Assembly: GCA_964016885.1 (NCBI GenBank)
Contig: OZ024740.1
Location: forward strand, 433,752,001-433,816,000
Length of the DNA stretch: 64,000 nt
Source: Eledone cirrhosa
Taxonomy: Eukaryota
Direction of reading: 5' to 3'
Below the pieces are notes generated by a model. It saw nothing but the letters and a program-made list of their open reading frames with translations. It made no database searches and had not been told where the DNA came from. Position numbers and translations under genes: made by a program. Of the stretch, positions 15,001 through 30,000 are shown piece after piece. The first letter of the stretch is position 1. Each line of letters opens with the position of its first letter.

Positions 15001-18000
15001 GTCAGTTCACCACCTAGTGTGTCAGTTGACCACCAAGTGTGTCAGTTGACCACCTAGTGTGTCACTTGACCACCTAGTGTCAGTTGACCACCTATTGTGT
15101 CAATTGACCACCTAGTGTGTCAGTTGATCATCAAGTGTGTCAGTTGACCACCTAGTGTGTCAGTTGACCACCTAATGTGTCAGTTGACAACCTAGTGTGT
15201 CAGTTGACCACCTAGTGTGTCAGTTGACAACCTAGTGTGTCAGTTGACCACCTAGTGCGTCAATTGACCACCTAGTGTGTCAGTTGAACACCTAGTGTGT
15301 CAGTTGACCACCTAGTTTGTCAGTTGACCACCTAGGGTGTCAGTTGACAACCTAGTGTGTCAGTTGACAACCTAGTGTGTCAGTTGACCACCTAGTGTGT
15401 CAGTTGACAACCTAACGTGTCGGTTGAGAACCTAGTGTGTCAGTTGACCACCTAGTGTGTCAGTTGACCACCTAGTGTGTCAATTGACCACCTAGTGTGT
15501 CAGTTGATCATCCAGTGTGTCAGTTGACCACCTAGTGTGTCAGTTGAACACCTAGTGTGTCAGTTGACCACCTAGTTTGTCAGTTGACCACCTAGTGTGT
15601 CAGTTGACAACCTAGTGTGTCAGTTGACAACCTAGTGTGTCAGTTGACCACCTAGTGTGTCAGTTGACAACCTAGTGTGTCGGTTGAGAACCTAGTGTGT
15701 CAGTTAACCACCTAGTGTGTCAGTTGACCACCAAGTGTGTCAGTTGACCACCTAGTGTGTCAGTTGACAACCTAGTGCGTTAGTTGACCACCTAGTGTGT
15801 CAGTTGACCACCTAGTGTGTCAGTTGACCACCTAGTGTGTCAGTTGACACCAATTGTGTCAGTTGACCACCAAGTGTGTCAGTTGACCACCTAGTGTGTC
15901 AGTTTACAACCTAGTGTGTCAGTTGACAACCTAGTGTGTCAGTTGACCACCTAGTGTCAGTTGACCACCTAGTGTGTCAGTTGACCACCAAGTGTGTCAG
16001 TTGACCACCTAGTGTGTCACTTGACCACCTAGTGTCAGTTGACCACCTATTGTGTCAGTTGACCACCTAGTGTGTCAGTTGACCACCAAGTGTGTCAGTT
16101 GACCACCTAGTGTGTCACTTGACCACCTAGTGTCAGTTGACCACCTAGTGTGTCAGTTGACCACCTAGTGTGTCAGTTGACCACCTAGTGTGTCAGTTGA
16201 CAACCTAATGTGTCAGTTGACCACCTAGTGTGTCACTTGACCACCTAGTGTCAGTTGACCACCTAGTGTGTCAATTGACCACCTAGTGTGTCAGTTGATC
16301 ATCAAGTGTGTCAGTTGACCACCTAGTGTGTCAGTTGACCACCTAGTGTGTCAGTTGACAACCTAGTGTGTCAGTTGACCACCTAGTGTGTCAGTTGACA
16401 ACCTAGTGTGTCAGTTGACCACCTAGTGCGTCAATTGACCACCTAGTGTGTCAGTTGAACACCTAGTGTTTCAGTTGACCACCTTGTTTGTCAGTTGACC
16501 ACCTAGTGTGTCAGTTGACAACCTAGTGTGTCAGTTGACAACCTAGTGCGTCAGTTGACCACCTAGTGTGTCAGTTGACAACCTAGTGTGTCGGTTGAGA
16601 ACCTAGTGTGTCAGTTGACCACCTAGTGTGTCAGTTGACCACCTAGTGTGTCAATTGACCACCTAGTGTGTCAGTTGATCATCCAGTGTGTCAGTTGACC
16701 ACCTAGTGTGTCAGTTGAACACCTAGTGTGTCAGTTGACCACCTAGTTTGTCAGTTGACCACCTAGTGTGTCAGTTGACAACCTAGTGTGTCAGTTGACA
16801 ACCTAGTGTGTCAGTTGACCACCTAGTGTGTCAGTTGACAACCTAGTGTGTCGGTTGAGAACCTAGTGTGTCAGTTGACCACCTAGTGTGTCAGTTGACC
16901 ACCAAGTGTGTCAGTTGACCATCTAGTGTGTCACTTGACCACCTAGTGTCAGTTGACCACCTAGTGTGTCAGTTGACCACCTAGTGTGTCAGTTGACCAC
17001 CTAGTGTGTCAGTTGACAACCTAATGTGTCAGTTGAACACCTAGTGTGTCAGTTGAACACCAAGTGTGTCAGTTGACCACCTAGTGTGTCAGTTGAACAC
17101 CTAGTGTGTCAGTTGACCACCTAGTGTGTCAGTTGAACACCTAGTGTGTCAGTTGAACACCTAGTGTGTCAGTTGACCACCTAGTGTATCAGTTGATCAG
17201 CAAGTGTGTTAGTTGACCACCTAGTGTGTCAGTTGACCACCTAGTGTGTCAGTTGACCACCAAGTGTGTCAGTTGAAAACCAAGTGTGTCAGTTGACCAC
17301 ATAGTGTGTCAGTTGACCACCTAGTGTGTCAGTTGACAACCAAGTGTGTCAGTTGACCACCTAGTGCGTCAATTGACCACCTAGTGTGTCAGTTGAACAC
17401 CTAGTGTGTCAGTTGACCACCTAGTTTGTCAGTTGACCACCTAGTGTGTCAGTTGACAACCTAGTGTGTCAGTTGACAACCTAGTGTGTCAGTTGACCAC
17501 CTAGTGTGTCAGTTGACAACCTAGTGTGTCAGTTGACAACCTAGTGTGTCAGTTGTCCACCTAGTGTGTCAGTTGACCACCTAGTGTCAGTTGACCACCT
17601 AGTGTGTCAGTTCACCACCTAGTGTGTCAGTTGACCACCTAGTGTGTCAGTTGACCACCTAGTGTGTCAATTGACCACCTAGTGTGTCAGTTGACCACCT
17701 AGTGCGTCAGTTGACCACCAAGTGTGTCAGTTGACAACTAGTGTGTCAGTTGACCACCTAGTGTGTCAGTTGACCACCTAGTGTGTCAGTTGACAACCTA
17801 GTGTGTCAGTTGACCACCTAGTGTCAGTTGACCACCTATTGTGTCAGTTGACCACCTAGTGTGTCAGTTGACAACCAAGTGTGTCAGTTGACCACCTAGT
17901 GTGTCACTTGACCACCTAGTGTGTCAGTTGACCACCTAGTGTGTCAGTTGACCACCTAGTGTGTCAGTTGACAACCTAATGTGTCAGTTGACCACCTAGT

Positions 18001-21000
18001 GTGTCAGTTGACAACCTAGTGTGTCAGTTGACCACCCAGTGTGTCAGTTGACCACCTAGTGTGTCAGTTGACCACCTAGTGTGTCAGTTGACCACCTAGT
18101 GTGTCAGTTGACCACCTAGTGTGTCAGTTGACAACCTAGTGTGAAAGTTGACAACCTAGTGTGTCAGTTGACCACCTAGTGTGTCAGTTGACCACCTAGT
18201 GTGTCAGTTGACCACCAAGTGTGTCAGTTGACAACTAGTGTGTCAGTTGACCACCTAGTGTGTCAGTGTTGACCACCAAGTGTGTCAGTTGACCACCTAG
18301 TGTGTCAGTTGACAACCTAGTGTGTTAGTTGACCACCTAGTGTGTCAGTTGACCACCTAGTGTGTCAGTTGACCACCAAGTGTGTCAGTTGACCACCTAG
18401 TGTGTCACTTGACCACCTAGTGTCAGTTGACCACCTAGTGTGTCAGTTGACCACCTAGTGTGTCAGTTGACAACCTAATGTGTCAGTTGACCACCTAGTG
18501 TGTCAGTTGACAACCTAGTGTGTCAGTTGACCACCTAGTGTGTCAGTTGACCACCTAGTGTGTCAGTTTATCACCTAGTGCGTCAATTGACCAACTAGTG
18601 TGTCAGTTGAACACCTAGTGTGTCAGTTGACCACCTAGTGTGTCAGTTGACCACCTAGTGTGTCAGTTGACAACCTAGTGTGTCAGTTGACAACCTAGTG
18701 TGTCAGTTGACCACCTAGTGTGTCAGTTGACCACCAAGTGTGTCAGTGTTGACCACCAAGTGTGTCAGTTGACCACCTAGTGTGTCAGTTGACAACCTAG
18801 TGCGTTAGTTGACCACCTAGTGTGTCAGTTGTCCAGCTAGTGTGTCAGTTGACCACCTAGTGTGTCAGTTGACCACCAATTGTGTCAGTTGACCACCAAG
18901 TTTGTCAGTTGACCACCTAGTGTGTCAGTTTACAACCTAGTGTGTCAGTTGACAACCTAGTGTGTCAGTTGACCACCTAGTGTCAGTTGACCACCTAGTG
19001 TGTCAGTTGACCACCAAGTGTGTCAGTTGACCACCTAGTGTGTCACTTGACCACCTAGTGTCAGTTGACCACCTAGTGTGTCAGTTGACCACGTAGTGCG
19101 TCAGTTGACCACCTAGTGTGTCAGTTGACAAACTAATGTGTCAGTTGACCACCTAGTGTGTCACTTGACCACCTAGTGTCAGTTGACCACCTAGTGTGTC
19201 AATTGACCACCTAGTGTGTCAGTTGATCATCAAGTGTGTCAGTTGACCACCTAGTGTGTCAGTTGACCACCTAGTGTGTCAGTTGACAACCTAGTGTGTC
19301 AGTTGACCACCTAGTGTGTCAGTTGACAACCTAGTGTGTGAGTTGACCACCTAGTGCGTCAATTGACCACCTAGTGTGTCAGTTGAACACCTAGTGTGTC
19401 AGTTGACCACCTAGTTTGTCAGTTGACCACCTAGTGTGTCAGTTGACAACCTAGTGTGTCAGTTGACAACCTAGTGTGTCAGTTGACCACCTAGTGTGTC
19501 AGTTGACAACCTAGTGTGTCAGTTGACCACCTAGTGTCAGTTGACCACCTATTGTGTCAGTTGTCCACCTAGTGTGTCAGTTGACCACCAAGTGTGTCAG
19601 TTGACCACCTAGTGCGTCAATTGACCACCTAGTGTGTCAGTTGAACACCTAGTGTGTCAGTTGACCACCTAGTTTGTCAGTTGACCACCTAGTGTGTCAG
19701 TTGACAACCTAGTGTGTCAGTTGACAACCTAGTGTGTCAGTTGACCACCTAGTGTGTCAGTTGACAACCTAGTGTGTCAGTTGACCACCTACTGTCAGTT
19801 GACCACCTATTGTGTCAGTTCACCACCTAGTGTGTCAGTTGACCACCAAGAGTGTCAGTTGACCACCTAGTGTGTCACTTGACCACCTAGTGTCAGTTGA
19901 CCACCTATTGTGTCAATTAACCACCTAGTGTGTCAGTTGATCATCAAGTGTGTCAGTTGACCACCTAGTGTGTCAGTTGACCACCTAATGTGTCAGTTGA
20001 CAACCTAGTGTGTCAGTTGACCACCTAGTGTGTCAGTTGACAACCTAGTGTGTCAGTTGACCACTTAGTGCGTCAATTGACCACCTAGTGTGTCAGTTGA
20101 ACACCTAGTGTGTCAGTTGACCACCTAGTTTGTCAGTTGACCACCTAGTGTGTCAGTTGAGAACCTAGTGTGTCAGTTGACAACCTAGTGTGTCAGTCGA
20201 CCACCTAGTGTGTCAGTTGACAACCTAACGTGTCGGTTGAGAACCTAGTGTGTCAGTTGATCACCTAGTGTGTCAGTTGACCACCTAGTGTGTCAATTGA
20301 CCACCTAGTGTGTCAGTTGATCATCCAGTGTGTCAGTTGACCACCTAGTGTGTCAGTTGAACACCTAGTGTGTCAGTTGACCACCTAGTTTGTCAGTTGA
20401 CCACCTAGTGTGTCAGTTGACAACCTAGTGTGTCAGTTGACAACCTAGTGTGTCAGTTGACCACCTAGTGTGTCAGTTGACAACCTAGTGTGTCGGTTGA
20501 GAACCTAGTGTGTCAGTTAACCACCTAGTGTGTCAGTTGACCACCAAGTGTGTCAGTTGACCACCTAGTGTGTCAGTTGACAACCTAGTGCGTTAGTTGA
20601 CCACCTAGTGTGTCAGTTGACCACCTAGTGTGTCAGTTGACCACCTAGTGTGTCAGTTGACCACCAATTGTGTCAGTTGACCACCAAGTGTGTCAGTTGA
20701 CCACCTAGTGTGTCAGTTTACAACCTAGTGTGTCAGTTGACAACCTAGTGTGTCAGTTGACCACCTAGTGTCAGTTGACCACCTAGTGTGTCAGTTGACC
20801 ACCAAGTGTGTCAGTTGACCACCTAGTGTGTCACTTGACCACCTAGTGTCAGTTGACCACCTATTGTGTCAGTTGACCACCTAGTGTGTCAGTTGACCAC
20901 CAAGTGTGTCAGTTGACCACCTAGTGTGTCACTTGACCACCTAGTGTCAGTTGACCACCTAGTGTGTCAGTTGACCACCTAGTGTGTCAGTTGACCACCT

Positions 21001-24000
21001 AGTGTGTCAGTTGACAACCTAATGTGTCAGTTGACCACCTAGTGTGTCACTTGACCACCTAGTGTCAGTTGACCACCTAGTGTGTCAATTGACCACCTAG
21101 TGTGTCAGTTGATCATCAAGTGTGTCAGTTGACCACCTAGTGTGTCAGTTGACCACCTAGTGTGTCAGTTGACAACCTAGTGTGTCAGTTGACCACCTAG
21201 TGTGTCAGTTGACAACCTAGTGTGTCAGTTGACCACCTAGTGCGTCAATTGACCACCTAGTGTGTCAGTTGAACACCTAGTGTTTCAGTTGACCACCTAG
21301 TTTGTCAGTTGACCACCTAGTGTATCAGTTGACAACCTAGTGTGTCAGTTGACAACCTAGTGCGTCAGTTGACCACCTAGTGTGTCAGTTGACAACCTAG
21401 TGTGTCGGTTGAGAACCTAGTGTGTCAATTGACCACCTAGTGTGTCAGTTGACCACCTAGTGTGTCAGTTGACCACCTAGTGTGTCAGTTGATCATCCAG
21501 TGTGTCAGTTGACCACCTAGTGTGTCAGTTGAACACCTAGTGTGTCAGTTGACCACCTAGTTTGTCACTTGACCACCTAGTGTGTCAGTTGACAACCTAG
21601 TGTGTCAGTTGACAACCTAGTGTGTCAGTTGACCACCTAGTGTGTCAGTTGACAACCTAGTGTGTCGGTTGAGAACCTAGTGTGTCAGTTGACCACCTAG
21701 TGTGTCAGTTGACCACCAAGTGTGTCAGTTGACCACCTAGTGTGTCAGTTGACAACCTAGTGCGTTAGTTGACCACCTAGTGTGTCAGTTGACCACCTAG
21801 TGTGTCAGTTGACCACCTAGTGTGTCAGTTGACCACCAATTGTGTCAGTTGACCACCAAGTGTGTCAGTTGACCACCTAGTGTGTCAGTTTACAACCTAG
21901 TGTGTCAGTTGACAACCTAGTGTGTCAGTTGACCACCTAGTGTCAGTTGACCACATAGTGTGTCAGTTGACCACCAAGTGTGTCAGTTGACCACCTAGTG
22001 TGTCACTTGACCACCTAGTGTCAGTTGACCACCTAGTGTGTCAGTTGACCACCTAGTGTGTCAGGTGACCACCTAGTGTGTCAGTTGACAACCTAATGTG
22101 TCAGTTGACCACCTAGTGTGTCACTTGACCACCTAGTGTCAGTTGACCACCTAGTGTGTCAATTGACCACCTAGTGTGTCAGTTGATCATCAAGTGTGTC
22201 AGTTGACCACCTAGTGTGTCAGTTGACCACCTAGTGTGTCAGTTGACAACCTAGTGTGTCAGTTGACCACCTAGTGTGTCAGTTGACAACCTAGTGAGTC
22301 AGTTGACCACCTAGTGCGTCAATTGACCACCTAGTGTGTCAGTTGAACACCTAGTGTGTCAGTTGACCACCTAGTTTGTCAGTTGACAACCTAGTGTGTC
22401 AGTTGACAACCTAGTGTGTCAGTTGACAACCTAGTGCGTTAGTTGACCACCTAGTGTGTCAGTTGACCACCTAGTGTGTCAGTTGACCACCTAGTGTGTC
22501 AGTTGACCACCAATTGTGTCAGTTGACCACCAAGTGTGTCAGTTGACCAACTAGTGTGTCAGTTTACAACCTAGTGTGTCAGTTGACAACCTAGTGTGTC
22601 AGTTGACCACCTAGTGTCAGTTGACCACCTAGTGTGTCAGTTGACCACCAAGTGTGTCAGTTGACCACCTAGTGTGTCACTTGACCACCTAGTGTCAGTT
22701 GGCCACCTAGTGTGTTAGTTGACCACCTAGTGTGTCAGGTGACCACCTAGTGTGTCAGTTGACAACCTAATGTGTCAGTTGACCACCTAGTGTGTCACTT
22801 GACCACCTAGTGTCAGTTGACCACCTAGTGTGTCAATTGACCACCTAGTGTGTCAGTTGATCATCAAGTGTGTCAGTTGACCACCTAGTGTGTCAGTTGA
22901 CCACCTAGTGTGTCAGTTGACAACCTAGTGTGTCAGTTGACCACCTAGTGTGTCAGTTGACAACCTAGTGTGTCAGTTGACCACCTAGTGCGTCAATTGA
23001 CCACCTAGTGTGTCAGTTGAACACCTAGTGTGTCAGTTGACCACCTAGTTTGTCAGTTGACAACCTAGTGTGTCAGTTGACAACCTAGTGTGTCAGTTGA
23101 CCACCTAGTGTGTCAGTTGACAACCTAGTGTGTCAGTTGACCACCAAGTGTGTCAGTTGACCACCTAGTGTGTCACTTGACCACCTAGTGTCAGTTGACC
23201 ACCTATTGTGTCAGTTGACCACCTAGTGTGTCAGTTGACCACCAAGTGTGTCAGTTGACCACCTAGTGTGTCACTTGACCACCTAGTGTCAGTTGACCAC
23301 CTAGTGTGTCAGTTGACCACCTAGTGTGTCAGTTGACCACCTAGTGTGTCAGTTGACAACCTAATGTGTCAGTTGACCACCTAGTGTGTCACTTGACCAC
23401 CTAGTGTCAGTTGACCACCTAGTGTGTCAATTGACCACCTAGTGTGTCAGTTGATCATCAAGTGTGTCAGTTGACCACCTAGTGTGTCAGTTGACCACCT
23501 AGTGTGTCAGTTGACAACCTAGTGTGTCAGTTGACCACCTAGTGTGTCAGTTGACAACCTAGTGTGTCAGTTGACCACCTAGTGCGTCAATTGACCACCT
23601 AGTGTGTCAGTTGAACACCTAGTGTGTCAGTTGACCAACTAGTTTGTCAGTTGACCACCTAGTGTGTCAGTTGACAACCTAGTGTGTCAGTTGACAACCT
23701 AGTGTGTCAGTTGACCACCTAGTGTGTCAGTTGACAACCTAGTGTGTCGGTTGAGAACCTAGTGTGTTAGTTGACCACCTAGTGTGTCAGTTGACCACCT
23801 AGTGTGTCAATTGACCACCTAGTGTGTCAATTGACCACCTAGTGTGTCAGTTGATCATCAAGTGTGTCAGTTGACCACCTAGTGTGTCAGTTGACCACCT
23901 AGTGTGTCAGTTGACAACCTAGTGAGTCAGTTGACCACCTAGTGTGTCAGTTGACAACCTAGTGTGTCAGTTGACCACCTAGTGCGTCAATTGACCACCT

Positions 24001-27000
24001 AGTGTGCCAGTTGAACACCTAGTGTGTCAGTTGACCACCTAGTTTGTCAGTTGACAACCTAGTGTGTCAGTTGACAACCTAGTGTGTCAGTTGACAACCT
24101 AGTGCGTTAGTTGACCACCTAGTGTGTCAGTTGACCACCTAGTGTGTCAATTGACCACCTAGTGTGTCAGTTGACCACCAATTGTGTCAGTTGACCACCA
24201 AGTGTGTCAGTTGACCACCTAGTGTGTCAGTTTACAACCTAGTGTGTCAGTTGACAACCTAGTGTGTCAGTTGACCACCTAGTGTCAGTTGACCACCTAG
24301 TGTGTCAGTTGACCACCAAGTGTGTCAGTTGACCACCTAGTGTGTCACTTGACCACCTAGTGTCAGTTGACCACCTAGTGTGTCAGTTGACCACCTAGTG
24401 TGTCAGGTGACCACCTAGTGTGTCAGTTGACAACCTAATGTGTCAGTTGACCACCTAGTGTGTCACTTGACCACCTAGTGTCAGTTGACCACCTAGTGTG
24501 TCAATTGACCACCTAGTGTGTCAGTTGATCATCAAGTGTGTCAGTTGACCACCTAGTGTGTCAGTTGACCACCTAGTGTGTCAGTTGACAACCTAGTGTG
24601 TCAGTTGACCACCTAGTGTGTCAGTTGACAACCTAGTGTCAGTTGACCACCTAGTGCGTCAATTGACCACCTAGTGTGTCAGTTGAACACCTAGTGTGTC
24701 AGTTGACCACCTAGTTTGTCAGTTGACAACCTAGTGTGTCAGTTGAACACCTAGTGTTTCAGTTGACCAACTAGTGTGTCAGTTGACCACCTAGTGTGTC
24801 AGTTGACCACCTAGTGTATCAGTTGAACACCTAGTGTGTCAGTTGATCATCAAGTGTGTCAGTTGACCACCTAGTGTGTCAGTTGACCACCTAGTGTCAG
24901 TTGACCACCTAGTGTGTCAGTTGACCACCTAGTGTGTCAATTGACCACCTAGTGTGTCAGTTGACCACCTAGTGTGTCAGTTGACCACCTAGTGTGTCAG
25001 TTGACCACCTAGTGTGTCAGTTGACCACGAAGTGTATCAGTTGACCACCTAGTGTCAGTTGACCACCTAGTGTGTCAGTTGACCACCTAGTGTGTCAGTT
25101 GATCATCAAGTGTGTCAGTTGACCACCTAGTGTGTCAGTTGACCACCTAGTGTGTCAGTTGACCTCCAAGTGTGTCAGTTGACCACCAAATGTATCAGTT
25201 GAACACCTAGTGTGTCAGTTGAACACCTAGTGTGTCAGTTGACAACCTAGTGTGTCTGTTGACCACCTAGTGTGTCAGTTGAACACCAAGTGTGGCAGTT
25301 GACCAGCTAGTGTGTCAGTTGACAACCTAGTGTGTCAGTTGAACACCAAGTGTGTCAGTTGACCACCAAGTGTGTCAGTTGAACACCTAGTGTGTCAGTT
25401 GAACACCAAGTGTGTCAGTTGACCACCTAGTGTGTCAGTTGAACACCTAGTGTGTCAGTTGACCACCTAGTGTGTCAGTTGAACACCTAGTGTGTCAGTT
25501 GAACACCTAGTGTGTCAGTTGACCACCTAGTGTATCAGTTGATCATCAAGTGTGTTAGTTGACCACCTAGTGTGTCAGTTGACCACCAAGTGTGTCAGTT
25601 GAAAACCAAGTGTGTCATCTGACCACCTAGTGTGTCAGTTGACCACCAACTGTGTCAGTTGACCACCTAGTGTGTCAGTTGACAACCTAGTGTGTCAGTT
25701 GAACACCTCGTGTGTCAGTTGACCACCAAGTGTGTCAGTTGACCACCTAGTGTGTCAGTTGATCATCAAGTGTGTTAGTTGACCACCTAGTGTGTTAGTT
25801 GACCACCTAGTGTGTCAGTTGACCACCAAGTGTGTCAGTTGACAACCAAGTGTGTCAGTTGACCACCTAGTGTGTCAGTTGACCACCAAATGTGTCAGTT
25901 GACCACCTAGTGTGTCAGTTGACCAACAAGTGTGTCAGTTGACCACCTAGTGTGTTACTTGACCACCTAGTGTGTCAGTTGACCACCTAGTGTGTCAGTT
26001 GTCCACCTAGTGTGTCAGTTGACCACCTAGTGTCAGTTGACCACCTAGTGTGTCAGTTGACCACCTAGTGTGTCAGTTGAATACCTAGTGTGTCAGTTGA
26101 CCACCTAGTGTGTCAATTGACCACCTAGTGTGTCAGTTGACCACCTAGTGCGTCAGTTGACCACCAAGTGTGTCAGTTGACAACTAGTGTGTCAGTTGAC
26201 CACCTAGCGTGTCAGTTGACCACCTAGTGTGTCAGTTGACAACCTAGTGTGTTAGTTGACCACCTAATGTGTCAGTTGACCACCTAGTGTGTTAGTTGAC
26301 CACCTAGTGTGTCAGTTGACCACCTAGTGTGTCAGTTGACAACCTAGTGTGTCAGTTGACAACCTAGTGTCAGTTGACCACCTATTGTTTCAGTTGACCA
26401 CCTAGTGTGTCAGTTGACCACCAAGTGTGTCAGTTGACCACCTAGTGTGTCAGTTGACCACCTAGTGTGTCAGTTGACCACCTAGTGTGTCAGTTGACAA
26501 CCTAGTGTGTCAGTTGACAACCTAGTGTGTCAGTTGACCACCTAGTGTGTCAGTTGACCACCTAGTGTGTCAGTTGACCACCAAGTGTGTCAGTTGACAA
26601 CTAGTGTGTCAGTTGACCACCTAGTGTGTCAGTGTTGACCACCAAGTGTGTCAGTTGACCACCTAGTGTGTCAGTTGACAACCTAGTGTGTTAGTTGACC
26701 ACCTAGTGTGTCAGTTGACCACCTAGTGTGTCAGTTGACCACCAAGTGTGTCAGTTGACCACCTAGTGTGTCACTTGACCACCTAGTGTCAGTTGACCAC
26801 CTAGTGTGTCAGTTGACCACCTAGTGTGTCAGTTGACAACCTAATGTGTCAGTTGACCACCTAGTGTGTCAGTTGATAACCTAGTGTGTCAGGTGACCAC
26901 CTAGTGTGTCAGTTGACCACCTAGTGTGTCAGTTTACCACCTAGTGCGTCAATTGACCACCTAGTGTGTCAGTTGAACACCTAGTGTGTCAGTTGACCAC

Positions 27001-30000
27001 CTAGTGTGTCAGTTGACCACCTAGTGTGTCAGTTGACAACCTAGTGTGTCAGTTGACAACCTAGTGTGTCAGTTGACCACCTAGTGTGTCAGTTGACCAC
27101 CAAGTGTGTCAGTTGACAACTAGTGTGTCAGTTGACCACCTAGTGTGTCAGTGTTGACCACCAAGTGTGTCAGTTGACCACCTAGTGTGTCAGTTGACAA
27201 CCTAGTGTGTTAGTTGACCACCTAGTGTGTCAGTTGACCACCTAGTGTGTCAGTTGACCACCAAGTGTGTCAGTTGACCACCTAGTGTGTCACTTGACCA
27301 CCTAGTGTCAGTTGACCACCTAGTGTGTCAGTTGACCACCTAGTGTGTCAGTTGACAACCTAATGTGTCAGATGACCACCTAGTGTGTCAGTTGACAACC
27401 TAGTGTGTCAGTTGACCACCTAGTGTGTCAGTTGACCACCTAGTGTGTCAGTTTACCACCTAGTGCGTCAATTGACCACCTAGTGTGTCAGTTGAACACC
27501 TAGTGTGTCAGTTGACCACCTAGTGTGTCAGTTGACCACCTAGTGTATCAGTTGACAACCTAGTGTGTCAGTTGACAACCTAGTGTGTCAGTTGACCACC
27601 TAGTGTGTCAGTTGACCACCAAGTGTGTCAGTGTTGACCACCAAGTGTGTCAGTTGACCACCTAGTGTGTCAGTTGACAACCTAGTGCGTTAGTTGACCA
27701 CCTAGTGTGTCAGTTGACCACCTAGTGTGTCAGTTGACCACCTAGTGTATCATTTGAACACCAATTGTGTCAGTTGACCACCAAGTGTGTCAGTTGACCA
27801 CCTAGTGTGTCAGTTTACAACCTAGTGTGTCAGTTGACAACCTAGTGTGTCAGTTGACCACCTAGTGTCAGTTGACCACCTAGTGTGTCAGTTGACCACC
27901 AAGTGTGTCAGTTGACCACCTAGTGTGTCACTTGACCACCTAGTGTCAGTTGACCACCTAGTGTGTCAGTTGACCACCTAGTGTGTCAGTTGACCACCTA
28001 GTGTCAGTTGACAACCTAATGTGTCAGTTGACCACCTAGTGTGTCACTTGACCACCTAGTGTCAGTTGACCACCTAGTGTGTCAATTGACCACCTAGTGT
28101 GTCAGTTGATCATCAAGTGTGTCAGTTGACCACCTAGTGTGTCAGTTGACCACCTAGTGTGTCAGTTGACAACCTAGTGTGTCAGTTGACCACCTAGTGT
28201 GTCAGTTGACAACCTAGTGTGTCAGTTGACCACATAGTGCGTCAATTGACCACCTAGTGTGTCAGTTGAACACCTAGTGTCAGTTGACCACCTAGTTTGT
28301 CAGTTGACCACCTAGTGTGTCAGTTGACAACCTAGTGTGTCAGTTGACAACCTAGTGTGTCAGTTGACCACCTAGTGTGTCAGTTGACAACCTAGTGTGT
28401 CAGTTGACCACCTAGTGTCAGTTGACCACCTATTGTGTCAGTTGACCACCTAGTGTGTCAGTTGACCACCAAGTGTGTCAGTTGACCACCTAGTGCGTCA
28501 ATTGACCACCTAGTGTGTCGGTTGAACACCTAGTGTGTCAGTTGACCACCTAGTTTGTCAGTTGACCACCTAGTGTGTCAGTTGACAACCTAGTGTGTCA
28601 GTTGACCACCTATTGTGTCAGTTCACCACCTAGTGTGTCAGTTGACCACCAAGTGTGTCACTTGACCACCTAGTGTCAGTTGACCACCTATTGTGTCAAT
28701 TGACCACCTAGTGTGTCAGTTGATCATCAAGTCTATCAGTTGACCACCTAGTGTGTCAGTTGACCACCTAGTGTGTCAGTTGACAACCTAGTGTGTCAGT
28801 TGACCACCTAGTGTGTCAGTTGACAACCTAGTGTGTCAGTTGACCACCTAGTGCGTCAATTGACCACCTAGTGTGTCAGTTGAACACCTAGTGTGTCAGT
28901 TGACCACCTAGTTTGTCAGTTGACCACCTAGTGTGTCAGTTGACAACCTAGTGTGTCAGTTGACAACCTAGTGTGTCAGTTGACCACCTAGTGTGTCAGT
29001 TGACAACCTAGTGTGTCGGTTGAGAACCTAGTGTGTCAGTTGACCACCTAGTGTGTCAGTTGACCACCTAGTGTGTCAATTGACCACCTAGTGTGTCAGT
29101 TGATCATCCAGTGTGTCAGTTGACCACCTAGTGTGTCAGTTGAACACCTAGTGTGTCAGTTGACCACCTAGTTTGTCAGTTGACCACCTAGTGTGTCAGT
29201 TGACAACCTAGTGTGTCAGTTGACAACCTAGTGTGTCAGTTGACCACCTAGTGTGTCAGTTGACAACCTAGTGTGTCGGTTGAGAACCTAGTGTGTCAGT
29301 TAACCACCTAGTGTGTCAGTTGACCACCAAGTGTGTCAGTTGACCACCTAGTGTGTCAGTTGACAAACTAGTGCGTTAGTTGACCACCTAGTGTGTCAGT
29401 TGACCACCTAGTGTGTCAGTTGACCACCTAGTGTGTCAGTTGACCACCAATTGTGTCAGTTGACCACCAAGTGTGTCAGTTGACCACCTAGTGTGTCAGT
29501 TTACAACCTAGTGTGTCAGTTGACAACCTAGTGTGTCAGTTGACCACCTAGTGTCAGTTGACCACCTAGTGTGTCAGTTGACCACCTAGTGTGTCAGTTG
29601 ACCACCAAGTGTGTCAGTTGACCACCTAGTGTGTCACTTGACCACCTAGTGTCAGTTGACCACCTATTGTGTCAGTTGACCACCTAGTGTGTCAGTTGAC
29701 CACCAAGTGTGTCAGTTGACCACCTAGTGTGTCACTTGACCACCTAGTGTCAGTTGACCACCTAGTGTGTCAGTTGACCACCTAGTGTGTCAGTTGACCA
29801 CCTAGTGTGTCAGTTGACAACCTAATGTGTCAGTTGAACACCTAGTGTGTCAGTTGAACACCAAGTGTGTCAGTTGACCACCTAGTGTGTCAGTTGAACA
29901 CCTAGTGTGTCAGTTGACCACCTAGTGTGTCAGTTGAACACCTAGTGTGTCAGTTGAACACCTAGTGTGTCAGTTGACCACCTAGTGTATCAGTTGATCA

